A DNA stretch of 64,000 bases from Pelagomonas calceolata (Eukaryota). Positions 28,738 through 39,476 of this stretch are shown here, piece by piece; position 1 is the first letter of the stretch; the number at the start of each line of letters is the position of its first letter. The DNA is taken from positions 1,612,001 to 1,676,000 of the forward strand of contig CAKKNE010000001.1 of NCBI GenBank assembly GCA_918797485.1, in the 5' to 3' direction. Position numbers and translations under genes: made by a program. The notes under the pieces were generated by a model that had not been told where the DNA came from, searched no databases, and saw only the letters and a list, made by a program, of their open reading frames with translations.

Positions 28738-30450
28738 TTAGAACGTCACGGTCTGCGATCCGCCTTCGGTCTCATACGGAGAGACGTAGGGCAGTTGCTC
28801 CGTGACCTCGTTTTTGCGCACGTGCGACAGCTCGCCCTCGGGCGGCGGCCCCAGTGCCCGCGCCGTGTCGTGCTCCATCGGCGGCAACTGCTTCGGCTTA
28901 TTCTTCTTCTTCGCCTTGGGCCCGATGCCGATCGTCGCCAGGATCCGCTCGGCGTTGTTCGCGTCGGAGCGCGCGCGCTCCATGACCTCCATGAGCTTGT
29001 CCTTCTTCCGTTTCACCATGATCGCATTCGCCTTTCGCGTCTGGACCGTGCGTTCTCTTCGCTCGATCATCTCCTGGATCCGTCGATCCCCTTCGTGGAT
29101 CTTCCGCAAAGTTTCCAGCCTCCGGTACTCCGCGATGCGCTTGATCCTCTCCACATTCTCGAGCTTCATCTGGAGTCGCAGTCTTTGTTTTTCATGGGCC
29201 ACCACATTGGACCCGGACCGCGCCGCTCGCACGCGCTGGACGTTTTCCTCTTCGAGCTCGAACTTCGCGAGGAGGTCCTCTTTTCTTTCCTCTTCCTGTC
29301 TACGCGTGGCATTCAAGATCATAGCTAACCGCTGCTCCTGGAGCGTGTTCTGGTGGACCTTGAGTAGTCGTTCCCGCTCCATGAGTTCGAGTTGTTCTTG
29401 CCTCAAGGCTTCATGGTGCGCCTTCTTCTGCCAGAAGTGCTCCTTGCGCTTCTCCTCCATCTTCGCGGCCTGCGCCATGTTTCTTTGTATTCTCGCCTCC
29501 ATCTGGGCGCGCCGCATCTGCTTGCGGTGGCGGTCCTCGGCCTGCTTTTTTTCCACTAGAGCGCTCCTTTCTTGCTCCGCAAGCTCCATCTCCTTCATGC
29601 GCCGCTTGATGGCGTTCTGCTGTTCTTGCATGATTCGTTGGGTCTGCAACCGATGTTCCTCCTGCTTTCTCAAACGCTCCTCTTCTTTGGCCCTTGCTTT
29701 CCGCCGGAGCACTTTTTCCTGGCGCGTGCGCTGCGCTCGGAGTTCTCTCTCCTTCTCGAACATGGCTCGCGTCACCGCGATGCGCTGCGCCTCTTCCGCT
29801 TCTTCCGTGGCCAAGCGTTTGGCTTCCCTTAGTCGTTTGTCCTCGGCGCGTTTGCGCGCGGCGCGCTCCTTCGCGCGCCGTTTCGCCTCATCTTTCCGCG
29901 CTTGCAATTCGGCGGCCGCATCCCGTTCGCGCTGGAGCTCGCCCATCTTTATTTCAAAGGCCATCATCTGCTCGAGCTCCTTGTCTTGGCGCGCCTGCAT
30001 CTTCCGCATCCGTTTTTCCTCCTCTTCGATGAACGTCGCGTTTTGTTTGGCCTGGGCCGCGATGAGTTGCTGCGGCGTGATGGTGGCGCCGCCGCCCGCT
30101 CCCGACGCGGCTAGGTCCGCGTCTCGCGCTTCCTGGGCCACGAGGCGTTTCCGCTCGGCTCGCACGAGCCGCATCATCTCGAACCTCCGTTGCGTGTACG
30201 TCTCATGCCTCAGCCTCTGGACCGTGGGGTCGACGCCCTTCACATCAAAGGAGTCCAGGGGTCGTATCCTTAATATTTCAGGGTTGAGGCCGTGTCGCAG
30301 GCACGCCTCGGCGGACCGCGGCGTGAGGACGATTTTCGACGGTGGGGGGTTCAGATCAGCAGATTTAGTGCGTGATACACTTTCCCAGATTTCCTCGATG
30401 GTCTGGGCCTTCTGGGCTAATACACTACGCTTGCCCCTGCCTTTGCCCAT
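28738..30450 (-). CDS. Long charged coiled-coil protein, possibly CCDC177/flagellar-associated-like
   Basis: LTPRSAEACLRHGLNPEIL motif followed by E/K/R-rich heptad coil; family assignment tentative. Confidence 0.7.
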   Translation of the reverse strand: MGKGRGKRSVLAQKAQTIEEIWESVSRTKSADLNPPPSKIVLTPRSAEACLRHGLNPEILRIRPLDSFDVKGVDPTVQRLRHETYTQRRFEMMRLVRAERKRLVAQEARDADLAASGAGGGATITPQQLIAAQAKQNATFIEEEEKRMRKMQARQDKELEQMMAFEIKMGELQRERDAAAELQARKDEAKRRAKERAARKRAEDKRLREAKRLATEEAEEAQRIAVTRAMFEKERELRAQRTRQEKVLRRKARAKEEERLRKQEEHRLQTQRIMQEQQNAIKRRMKEMELAEQERSALVEKKQAEDRHRKQMRRAQMEARIQRNMAQAAKMEEKRKEHFWQKKAHHEALRQEQLELMERERLLKVHQNTLQEQRLAMILNATRRQEEERKEDLLAKFELEEENVQRVRAARSGSNVVAHEKQRLRLQMKLENVERIKRIAEYRRLETLRKIHEGDRRIQEMIERRERTVQTRKANAIMVKRKKDKLMEVMERARSDANNAERILATIGIGPKAKKKNKPKQLPPMEHDTARALGPPPEGELSHVRKNEVTEQLPYVSPYETEGGSQTVTF

Positions 30451-30828
30451 GGTGCTGGTCGATGGCGTTGAGCTGCCGGTTTTCCGCTGCCCGCGGCTTT
30501 TGTATGGTTTGGTAAGACGGTACGAGGCAGCCCTTCGGCTCGCTCCCGCGCTACGCGCCCTCCTTCGCGACGCGCAACACGGTCGAGCGCTAAGGCAATT
30601 CTACAAGCTACAGCTAATGTAGCCGAAACCCGTCAACGACCGGGGAGTCCTCGCGACGTAACGTGTGCTGTTGACTTACGAATCAACGTTGGCCCCGTCG
30701 AGGTGATCACGGGCACGAATCCCGAGACGAGGGGTCGCGCGCTTGCGGAAGCCAAGCAGGGGCTCCGCCCACGAATCCTAGCCCCGTAACAACATCGCAC
30801 AGTCCCCCATACGCCACCGACGCTTACC

Positions 30829-31971
30829 CTACCTATACGTCCCCGCCGCCCAGTCGCTTTCCTCCGGCGATTTTAACACTTCCACGTCCTCCGCCAGGAC
30901 CGAAAACGTCGCCGTCCAGTCCACCGACGTCACGTCGCCCTCCCTCTGAGCGGCCTTCTCGCCGCCCAAGTTCGTGAAATAATTCTCGTTCTGGCGCGTC
31001 GCCGCGGCACCGCCCGACGACACGACGCGAATCGTCCTCCGCTCCACATCCCGAGACAGCCTCAGACTAGCTTGGATGGCGACCTCGGCCAGGTCCTGCA
31101 CGTCCAGCGACCCTTCTCCACTATCACCTAAAGCAACAGGTGCGACGAGCTCACCTTCCAAGTCCTGCGGTCTAGCCGACACCCAGTCGCCATCTGATGA
31201 CAATTGTACACCGTTCGCCGGCGCTATGATCGTCGCTTTCAGGGCCGGGTACTTCGCGAGAGCCTCCTCGCAGGCGGCGACGCCCTCGGATGATGTGAGG
31301 ACGTAGCACGCGCCGTCCGGAGCGGTAGTCAAGGCTTGTAGTAATTGAGCGTCGGGCGCGCCCGGCTTTGTTGAAGGTGGCGGCGGCACCGGCGCGCTCT
31401 TCGTCACGGGCTCAGAACCCATGAAGTTCTCGTTGCGGTTCGGCGGCAGCAAGGCCTCGAGCGGGTTCCCGCCGTCGCCGCCGCCGAAGGGATTGGGCAG
31501 CGAGGGAAGCTTGAGGCCGCCGCCCGGCGCCGGCTTCTTCGGCTTCGGCTTGCCTGAGGAAGGCTTGCCGCCGAAGGGGTTCGGCAGGCCGTCGAAGAGG
31601 CCCTTCTCCTGGGAAGCGGCAGCCTGAAACCCGGTGCTGTCCACGAAGTAGAGAGGAGCAGCCGACCCGAGGAGCCCTCGGAACTTGATAAAGTCGACCT
31701 TTGGCACGACGTCGCCCGGCGTCACGCTCGCCATCGAGTAGGCCCGCCACAGGATCTTGTCCGTTTGTCTTACCAACTTTTCCGAGCCGACGAGGGCCGG
31801 TCGGCCTAACCCGGAGTCGAAGACGGACTCCATCCTCTGGAGTTTGCCGTACAACGCGGCGGTGACGGCGCCGGTCGTGCCTCCAATGACCACCGGCGAG
31901 GCGAGGGGTTTCAGGGCGCTTGCGGTGCTCGCGGCCACGGCGACGAGGAGTGCTAAGCGTGCGGCCATCAT
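30829..31971 (-). CDS. Putative plastid-targeted protein of unknown function
   Basis: Signal peptide ending ASTASA-L; 380-aa frame with normal coding composition. Confidence 0.65.
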   Translation of the reverse strand: MMAARLALLVAVAASTASALKPLASPVVIGGTTGAVTAALYGKLQRMESVFDSGLGRPALVGSEKLVRQTDKILWRAYSMASVTPGDVVPKVDFIKFRGLLGSAAPLYFVDSTGFQAAASQEKGLFDGLPNPFGGKPSSGKPKPKKPAPGGGLKLPSLPNPFGGGDGGNPLEALLPPNRNENFMGSEPVTKSAPVPPPPSTKPGAPDAQLLQALTTAPDGACYVLTSSEGVAACEEALAKYPALKATIIAPANGVQLSSDGDWVSARPQDLEGELVAPVALGDSGEGSLDVQDLAEVAIQASLRLSRDVERRTIRVVSSGGAAATRQNENYFTNLGGEKAAQREGDVTSVDWTATFSVLAEDVEVLKSPEESDWAAGTYR

Positions 31972-32396
31972 CGTCGATTTGCCGAGGCGGCGAGTCTACT
32001 GCAGCACTCGCTCCGAAGGGGGCTTGCGCGCGATGCGCCGCAGCGGCTGGCGTCTAGGGCTGCTGAGAGAGCCTTGTGCAGCTTTGTGCTGCACCGCGTC
32101 CTCAGAGATGCAACGTTTGCACGGCAGCAGGCTGTGGGGCAGCTCACGGATTGCTGGTGACACGCAGAGCTTGCAGCAATGGCTGTGAGGCTCGGCAGAG
32201 CCCTCGATTTAGCAGCAAGCTTTGGCCAGCCAGAGCCAAAAGAGCCACCGCTGTTCACAGCCGCTAGACACCCTCACGTAGATCTGAGTGCTGCGCGCGT
32301 CGCCCAGGACAGCTCTCGACAGCTCCAACGACAGCGCGCGCGCGTTTCGCCCTCCCGGCCGCGTATAGCAGTGCTCCCTGCCTGGACCATAGAAAC

Positions 32397-32885
32397 ATGG
32401 TGGGCCCATTAGAAGCCTCCTGGAAGGCCATCATGGACACCCTCGCGCCCGTGACAACCACCGTATCAAGCGTAGCAGAAAAAGCCGGCGACACCGTCGT
32501 CACCGCCGCGCGCACGACGGTCCTCGCGAAGCGGGACGTGGACAAGCAGGGCACGCCGCTCCGCGACGGCATCAGAGCCGCGCGCGAGTCCTGGAACGCG
32601 GCCGTCCGAGCCGCGGACGGCGCCGCGACCAGCGCCGCGCGCGAAACAAACGAGTTCGGAACCCTTGTCAAGGCCCGAACGGCCCCGCTGGCCCCTTTCT
32701 ACACGGCGGTCCACGACACGTACGTGGCGCGGCCCGAGGCACTGGTGACCGGCGTCGCGCTCGTGCCCTTCGTGGCCACGCTGCCGTTCTCGAAATCGCT
32801 CGCCGTCAAGAACGGCGCGGTCGCCGCGCTCCTCGTGGGCGCCCCCGTTGCGGCCATGAAGGTCCTGGACTCGGACCGGGACTAG
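32397..32885 (+). CDS. Small hypothetical membrane protein with a C-terminal hydrophobic hairpin
   Basis: 162-aa ATG ORF; amphipathic N-terminus and two hydrophobic segments. Confidence 0.55.
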   Translation: MVGPLEASWKAIMDTLAPVTTTVSSVAEKAGDTVVTAARTTVLAKRDVDKQGTPLRDGIRAARESWNAAVRAADGAATSAARETNEFGTLVKARTAPLAPFYTAVHDTYVARPEALVTGVALVPFVATLPFSKSLAVKNGAVAALLVGAPVAAMKVLDSDRD

Positions 32886-32946
32886 TCATCTATCCCTACC
32901 TAAGTTGTTCTCTGATTTCTCGGATCCAGCGCGTTTTGCGAATTTT

Positions 32947-32969
32947 CTAGTGTCTTACAGGCCGCTAGC
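32947..32969 (+). promoter_or_regulatory. CTAG-box element
   Basis: ctagtgtcttacaggccgctagc upstream of the helicase. Confidence 0.65.
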
Positions 32970-33152
32970 AAGCTTGAAAAGCAGCGCCGCGCCAGCCCGT
33001 TTTTGCCATAATTGCTGCTAGCTGTTTGCGCTAGGCCAGCATATCGATAGATATGACGCACCAGAGTCGGTAGACGCGACACCTTTGACGGAAATCCATC
33101 GCTGCGGACGTACAAAGCTGCGGTGCGCATATTTGAGTAGAGTTGCGCAAGC

Positions 33153-36100
33153 ATGTACGGCGGCAACAACGGAGGCGGCGCGCCGCCGCAATGGCCCTCC
33201 CGCAAACCAGCAGCCAAGAAGGCGCCCGCTCTACGCATCACGAACATCTCTAGCGGCGCGACCGAACTCCGCATGCCAGCGGCGCCGCCGAGGAAGCCAG
33301 CAGCGAAGAAACCGGCCGCCAAGCGCCAGGCGTCGCCGCCGCCCGCCCCGCCGCCTCCAAGGCAGATCGAGAACCCCAATAAAATCGCGAAATGGACCGG
33401 CACGTGCGAGAACACGAGAATCCAGTTCCCCTTCGAGCCCTACGAGTGCCAGCTCGACTTCATGTCCAAGACGCTAGAAGCCGTCGCCACGAAGCAGACG
33501 GCTCTCCTGGAATCGCCGACGGGCACGGGCAAAACGCTTTGTCTGTTGACCGCGACGTTGGCCTACTCCTTACCGCGATCCTCAGAACTGGAGAAGCCTA
33601 CCGTAGTATATGCGTCAAGAACCCATGCGCAGCTATCCCAGGCCGTGAAAGCTTTACGAAGTACGGTCTACCAGCCGAAGGTGGCCGTCGTCGGTAGTAG
33701 GGAGCATTTATGTGGCCACCCCCGCGTGTCGAAGCTGAGAGGCACGGCGCAGAACCGAGCGTGCTCTGCTTTATGTGCTCGGAGAGCTTGTCATTTAAGG
33801 AACGAGCTAGACCGGCAGCAAAAGGCCTCAAGGAACGCTGATCAGAACGGGCAAGCCTTAGACATCGAAGAATTAGTCTCGGACGCCTCAAGACGAGGGA
33901 CTTGTGCCTACTACGGTGCTAGGCACTCGCTGAAGGAGGCGGACTTGATCTTCGCGCCCTACAACTACGTGCTCGACGAGCGCCATCGCAACACGTCAGG
34001 TGTTAATTGGCGCGGGTCCATTGTTGTTCTGGACGAGGCCCATAATGTGGCTTCTGTGGCCGAGGACGCGGCGTCCTTTTCTATCACCAGTGTCGATTTA
34101 GCTGGCGCGTTGCAGGAGCTGGACCGCGCCGTCTCTGCCGCCCCGCGGCAGGAGCTCGCTTCGAACGTTGACGGCGGCGAAGGTCTTCAGATAGGCGAGG
34201 ACGAGCTGCTGTCGTTGAAACGTATTATTCTGGGATTAGAAGATGCTTTAATGAATACGAAACACTTAGAGGAGAAGGGCGGTGCTCTACACGAAAAAAT
34301 CTTGACGCCGGCGGGTCTGACCTGTGCGGCCGCAGGCGCGTGGTTCGCCGACGCCTGTAAAAGAGCTGGTGATGTTGTCCAGGCGGACGCTCGTGGTACA
34401 GGTAACGCGGCGCCCAAGTTGGAACTCTTGGAGAGGGCTTGCGTGCTGGCGTTCCGCGGAGACGCTCAATGCAAAGCATTGGCAGATGACCACTACCGCA
34501 TCAGAATAGCGACGGACCAAGAAGAAGTGAAGCTGGACTACTGGTGCTTCTCGCCCGCTTTAGCGTTGCAAGATCTGCGCAGTCTAGGCGTATCTTCCGT
34601 ACTATGTGCGTCGGGCACGCTCTCACCCCTCCCTTCGTTTGCGGGAGAACTAGGATTACAAACATACGTCGGCTTGCAGAACCCCCACGTCGTCGACGCG
34701 GAGAAGGATTTATTGTGTGCTGTTGTTGGTTCCGGGCCCAGCAACGTAGCTCTCAAATCTACTTATAGTGAGAGAAGAACAATAGGCTACAAGCAGGAGC
34801 TCGGCTTGACCATTTGTCAAGCGGCGGAACAGTTAGATCGAGGTGGGTTACTTGTGTTCTTTCCCTCGTACCCCGCGTTGAATGACGCGGTCGAGCACTG
34901 GCGGGGCTCGTCCCTGTGGTCGCGGCTGGAACGGGGTCGAGCTGTTGTTGTCGAACCTAGAAAAGCCAAGGACATGCGGACGGTCGCCGTGCAATTTCAA
35001 CGAGCGGCCTCTACGACGTGTGCCGTGCTGTTGGCCGTGTGTCGAGGGAAAGCTTCAGAAGGCATGGACTTTAGCGACGACCAGTGTCGCGTGGTGATCG
35101 TCACGGGCGTGCCCTACGCGCCGCCCGACGACCCGCGCGTGAAGGCGAAGAGGCGTTTTTTAGATGACAAAAGGCGCACGGGCGACAAGAAACTACTGTT
35201 ATCGGGCGACGCCTGGTACGAGCAGCAGGCGTGCCGCGCCGTGAACCAGGCGGTTGGTAGGTGTTTGCGCCATGCTAAAGATTGGGGCGCCGTGCTGTTG
35301 GCTGACTCTAGATTTGCCGATGCGGGGCGCCGGAAGAATCTACCGGCGTGGCTGAGGCATGAAATAAGACAGCCCGCGCCGTTTCGGGACGTGGCGGCGC
35401 ATCTGCGGTCGTTCATCGACGAGCACCACGGTCGTAAGCCAGCGCCAAAGGCCTCGGAGAAGGCGTCGTCGGCCTTCGGGCTGAGTTCCTCTTCTAGAGC
35501 GTCTGCCGCACCCGTTGTGAAGACAGAAGACGCCTTCGACGCACTCGGGAAACTACAAAAGCAGGTCCGCAAGGCCCCTGCTACCGTGTCGGACCCTCGA
35601 GTTTCCGCGTTCCTGGCCAAACGAACTAAAGTAGAGCAGCCCCCGGCGAAGACGCTGCGGCGCGAGGCGCCTTTGGTGGAGAGGAAGCCTTCGCTACCGA
35701 AGAAGAAAGCATTACCCGTCGTGAAGCGGGCGCCCGTCGCGTTTCCCGCCACATCTTCTGGAACAAGGGTCAAGGACGCGGTCGCGGCCTTTCCGAGTCG
35801 TAAACAAGAGAGCGTCGCCGCGCAACTCATGAAGGAGTCCGAGCCGCTGCGCGATCCGGAAATCAGCGATGCGGACGCAGCTACGGCTATAAAGCGCCTC
35901 GCGCGCATACCCGCTTCGCTAGACGCGCTGCGCGAGTCCAAGGCCGGGCGGCGCCTCGCGACCTACGTACGTAGAGTAGATGGCGCGTGCCCGGCGGCGG
36001 AGCGGTTATTGGAACGGTGGAAGGCCCTCGCAAAGCCGGCCGACGACGACGAAGGCTACGCGGACGTTGCGAGCGCCGAGGCAGGGGCACGAGCGGAGGA

Positions 36101-36248
36101 GCGGGCGCGGCGGCACCTCGACGACTACCTCGGGCGCGCGCCGATCCCTGCGCCGGCGCCTCAACAACCGAAGCCGTCGCGGCCGCCGCCCGCGGGCGTC
36201 GGGACGTCGAAACGCGCGCGCATGCTACTTTCTTATACTAATGTTTAG
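33153..36248 (+). CDS. RTEL1: Fe-S DNA helicase of the Rad3/XPD family (RTEL1/FANCJ-like)
   Basis: FPFEPYECQ, ESPTGTGKT, YASRTHAQLSQ, SREHLC, APYNY, LDEAHNV, SGTLSPL, VFFPSY, RGKASEGMDF, VNQAVGRCLRH. Confidence 0.88.
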   Translation: MYGGNNGGGAPPQWPSRKPAAKKAPALRITNISSGATELRMPAAPPRKPAAKKPAAKRQASPPPAPPPPRQIENPNKIAKWTGTCENTRIQFPFEPYECQLDFMSKTLEAVATKQTALLESPTGTGKTLCLLTATLAYSLPRSSELEKPTVVYASRTHAQLSQAVKALRSTVYQPKVAVVGSREHLCGHPRVSKLRGTAQNRACSALCARRACHLRNELDRQQKASRNADQNGQALDIEELVSDASRRGTCAYYGARHSLKEADLIFAPYNYVLDERHRNTSGVNWRGSIVVLDEAHNVASVAEDAASFSITSVDLAGALQELDRAVSAAPRQELASNVDGGEGLQIGEDELLSLKRIILGLEDALMNTKHLEEKGGALHEKILTPAGLTCAAAGAWFADACKRAGDVVQADARGTGNAAPKLELLERACVLAFRGDAQCKALADDHYRIRIATDQEEVKLDYWCFSPALALQDLRSLGVSSVLCASGTLSPLPSFAGELGLQTYVGLQNPHVVDAEKDLLCAVVGSGPSNVALKSTYSERRTIGYKQELGLTICQAAEQLDRGGLLVFFPSYPALNDAVEHWRGSSLWSRLERGRAVVVEPRKAKDMRTVAVQFQRAASTTCAVLLAVCRGKASEGMDFSDDQCRVVIVTGVPYAPPDDPRVKAKRRFLDDKRRTGDKKLLLSGDAWYEQQACRAVNQAVGRCLRHAKDWGAVLLADSRFADAGRRKNLPAWLRHEIRQPAPFRDVAAHLRSFIDEHHGRKPAPKASEKASSAFGLSSSSRASAAPVVKTEDAFDALGKLQKQVRKAPATVSDPRVSAFLAKRTKVEQPPAKTLRREAPLVERKPSLPKKKALPVVKRAPVAFPATSSGTRVKDAVAAFPSRKQESVAAQLMKESEPLRDPEISDADAATAIKRLARIPASLDALRESKAGRRLATYVRRVDGACPAAERLLERWKALAKPADDDEGYADVASAEAGARAEERARRHLDDYLGRAPIPAPAPQQPKPSRPPPAGVGTSKRARMLLSYTNV

Positions 36249-37246
36249 TGTGAACTCATATATCCGACGATGTGCGGCACGGACCAGGCGAGGTAGCCCC
36301 ACGTGAAGGCTACCGACAGTCCAGCCACGGCGAACATGCTATTCTGCCGCGCCCGCTTCATCATCGCTCGCGCGTAGAGGTACCTGCGTTGTGTCGGACG
36401 CAGCCATCGACGCGACCCAGTCTCAGCAAGGACACGGGACACGAACGGAAGCTTGAAGAACGCGTCGTTGAGGTCACCTCCGCAGTCCTCGTTCGAGCGG
36501 ACGAACGCCAGCGCCGTGAGGGATCCACTGATCACGGTGTAGAGCGTGATTTTGGCGACCACGGGGCATGCTGCGCGGGGAGACGCGTCGACTCTCGCGC
36601 GATCATGACGACGGCGTCGATGGCGTCCGCGACGGCGCCTTCGACCCCTCCTCTACGCCATCGACGATCGAAGGACACTGACTACGTACCGATCGTCTGC
36701 CACGCCCGCAGACCGATCGCAGTGACGAACGACAGTACTCCGACGAAAAAGTTGAGTCGCACCGCGATCCATTCGAGATCGAAATAACGCCTCATGAAAT
36801 TCTCCACGCTCGTCTCTTGTTCATAGGGGCGGGACAGGCGCTCGAGAGCTACCGTGCTTACGACGATAACTTGTAACTGGCAGACCAGCGAGCTGATCAT
36901 GAGCGCTGCGTAAATGCGCTTCACGTACCTGTGGGAACGGAGCCGTCGCATCGATGGCGTGGAGGTTGTTGTTGTTGGCGCTGACCACATACCCGAGCGT
37001 CGCGGCCTCTCCAGCGAGTATAGGCATGGCGAACGCAGCACCCGCGCTTGCACCAGCGAACAGCGAGGCGGGGATGCGGTAGGTGCCAAAAAGACCTCCC
37101 GCGGCACCGCTGTAGTCCTTCAGCTCTCCTGTCGCACCGCTGCGCAGCGATGTCGCCGCAGAACGCGTCCTCATGCTGGCTGGCTGGGAGAACCCACTTG
37201 TTTTTTGCAGCACAGAGATGAGGATACACTGCCGAAACGCCACCAT
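36245..37246 (-). CDS. Putative plastid-targeted multi-pass membrane protein (3 exons: 37246-36993, 36928-36690, 36570-36245)
   Basis: Signal peptide with TSGF motif; GT-AG introns 36929-36992 and 36571-36689 join three ORF fragments in frame (TLG|YVKRIY; QTI|ACPVVAK). Confidence 0.7.
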
Positions 37247-37341
37247 TCGTCGCAGGCGCTGTGCGTAGTGTCTCTCGCGAGTCCTGTGGCAAGATGACCG
37301 CAAGTACGCGAGTTTTGGGCCAAAAACGCGGTGGCATAAAA

Positions 37342-37365
37342 GCTAGCGGCCTGTAAGACACTAGC
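37342..37365 (-). promoter_or_regulatory. CTAG-box element
   Basis: gctagcggcctgtaagacactagc (reverse complement), upstream of ATG 37246. Confidence 0.65.
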
Positions 37366-37444
37366 AGGCGGACGCCATCGGGGTGCGCGCCTACGCCATC
37401 GCCGCGACGCATCATAAGTAAGACAACAGTCTCTTAGCAGAAGC

Positions 37445-37942
37445 CTACTCGTCGGGCACCTCCAATTCGCCGTCCTTGATCTGCTGCATGATGTCCATGG
37501 GCGCCTCGCCGTTGACCGTGCAGCCGACCGAGAAGGCCGTCCCCAGCATCTCGAAGACCGTGCCCTCGAGCTTGCGGGCCATCGAGCGGGGCCGCATCGT
37601 CCGCGCGATCTCAATCACCTGGTCCAGCGTGATGTTGCCGTCGTGCTTGATGTTCTTCTCCTTCTTGCGGTCGCGGACGGGCTCGTTGAGCGCCTTGATG
37701 ATCAAGGCCGAGGCCGAGGGGATCATCTCGACCGTCGCCTGGCGGTTGATGATCGTCAGCTTCACGGTCACGTTCATGCCCTTCCAGTCCATCGTCGCCT
37801 TCTGGATGTCCTCGCCGACCTTTTTGGGGGAGAGGCCGAGGGGGCCGATCTTCGGCGCGAGCGACGAGGCCGAGCCGACTTCACCGCCGACGGCACGCAT
37901 GATGACATATTTCGGGGGTTCATTCGACGGAGGGGGGCCCAT
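37445..37942 (-). CDS. RPL12: 60S ribosomal protein L12 (uL11)
   Basis: [64 protein letters not shown]. Confidence 0.97.
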   Translation of the reverse strand: MGPPPSNEPPKYVIMRAVGGEVGSASSLAPKIGPLGLSPKKVGEDIQKATMDWKGMNVTVKLTIINRQATVEMIPSASALIIKALNEPVRDRKKEKNIKHDGNITLDQVIEIARTMRPRSMARKLEGTVFEMLGTAFSVGCTVNGEAPMDIMQQIKDGELEVPDE

Positions 37943-38642
37943 GTTGTTTTGAGATAGCTGTTGATCCTACACACGAAGCTTTGGGAACGACGGCTATCGT
38001 CTTAAGGGCTGAATGGTTGCGGTGGAGACCTGCGCGTGATCGATGTGAGCTTTTTGCGCGTTTTCGCGGGTCTTTCGTGCAGCCTCTCGCGTCGGCGGCG
38101 TCGGCGCGTGCTGTCTCGTGCTTCTGACGCCCTCGCGTGCCGCGACGACGCCAAAAAGAGGCCCTCGCCGAGTGCAGCCACTGTAGGCTTTTGCACGGCG
38201 CGCGTGCGCGGAGTTGTTGCAACCGCGAGTGCGCGAGCAGTCGTGGAGGTCCGAGCGAGTCTGCGCCGTCAAATCACTATGTCTACGCTGCTGTGCACCG
38301 TGAATTAGGTCTCAGTTTTGGTGAGCATCGCGGACAGCGTGCGGGGTTTTCGTCGAGGGCGGAGCTGTCCTTTTCTGTCCCGCAGGATGTCTCGCGCGGC
38401 AGGATGGGTCGTTCTTGGAAGCGTCGCTGGGCCTCAGAGGGCTGGAGGTCTCACAACTCGACGGCGAAGCGCGCAGACAACGCGACGCCGGCACGAGGAA
38501 GCGCAGTGGTGCGCGACAGTGCTCCCTGGCACAAATAACTCCGGCTGCACGCGGCATTCATCGTTACAGCGCGTAGCGACCAACAAACTCACCACCTGCA
38601 GACAGCACAGCGCACCGCGCCGCGCGACACAGAACGACAACC

Positions 38643-39337
38643 ATGGCGGACACGACGGCCCGACCGGAGGACGTCGACATCGGCCAGCTCGGCTCGATGT
38701 TCGGCGTCCAGACGCGCAACGAGCTCGATTATTTGGAGTACGACATTCGAGGGAGGGGCTACATGGAGCGGCTGTTCTTCAATTGCGGGGCGTCGTACCT
38801 CGGTTTCATGCTCGGGGGCGGCGTGTATGGTACGGTCCAGGGGCTGCGACTCGCACCGGCGAACGCGCCGCTGCGCGTGCGAACGAACGCGCTGATGAAC
38901 GGCTTCGGCAAGCACGGGGCCACGGCGGGCAACGCGGCGGGGGCCGTGGCGCTCATGTTCACTTCTTTTGAGTCGCTGGCGGAGTCGGTGGAATTGGACA
39001 AAATTTGCGGCGACCAGGCATGGGTATGCTATGCAGTGTCTCTTCTGTCAATGCGTAGCGTGTGACGACGAACGACGGCGAATCCAACTCCTATTCAAAG
39101 TGAGGAGACCCATCCAAATCGAGCTTTTTAAATCCGACGCGTTGTTGTTGTTTGTTTGTGACGAGAGGGTGCTTTGCTTGCATCACGTTGTACGCACAGG
39201 TGAACCCCGTCGCCGCCGGCGCGCTGACGGGCGGCCTCTTCAAGGCCGGCGCGGGCGTGAGGGGGGCCGCGCTCGCGTCCGCGATCGGCGCCGGGCTCGC
39301 CGCCGCGTCGCACTTCGCGCCGGAGCGGCTGCGCTGA
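38643..39337 (+). CDS. TIM23: Mitochondrial inner membrane translocase Tim17/22/23 family (2 exons: 38643-39023, 39200-39337)
   Basis: RGYMERLFFNCGASYLGF, RTNALMNGFGKHGATAGN; second exon NPVAAGALTGGLFK after GTATGC..CACAG intron 39024-39199. Confidence 0.85.
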
Positions 39338-39476
39338 GGGGTAGTCGTCCGGTAACTCGTGTGTTTTCTCTATCTATCCATCGGCGCGGCGGCGGCGTCG
39401 GACCTGCGTGCGGGGCGGCTGGAGATGATCAGCCTGCACTGGCAGAGCTAATTGGCTTCGACGCAGTGGGGCAGCC

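Noticed and set aside
28802..30622. 606-aa plus-strand ORF
   Set aside because: Antisense shadow of the E/K/R coiled-coil gene; its Ser/Arg/Phe-rich composition is the expected mirror.
39051..39196. Possible TIRs in the TIM23 intron
   Set aside because: Only a short tgcgta/tacgca match and no target duplication; insufficient to call an element.
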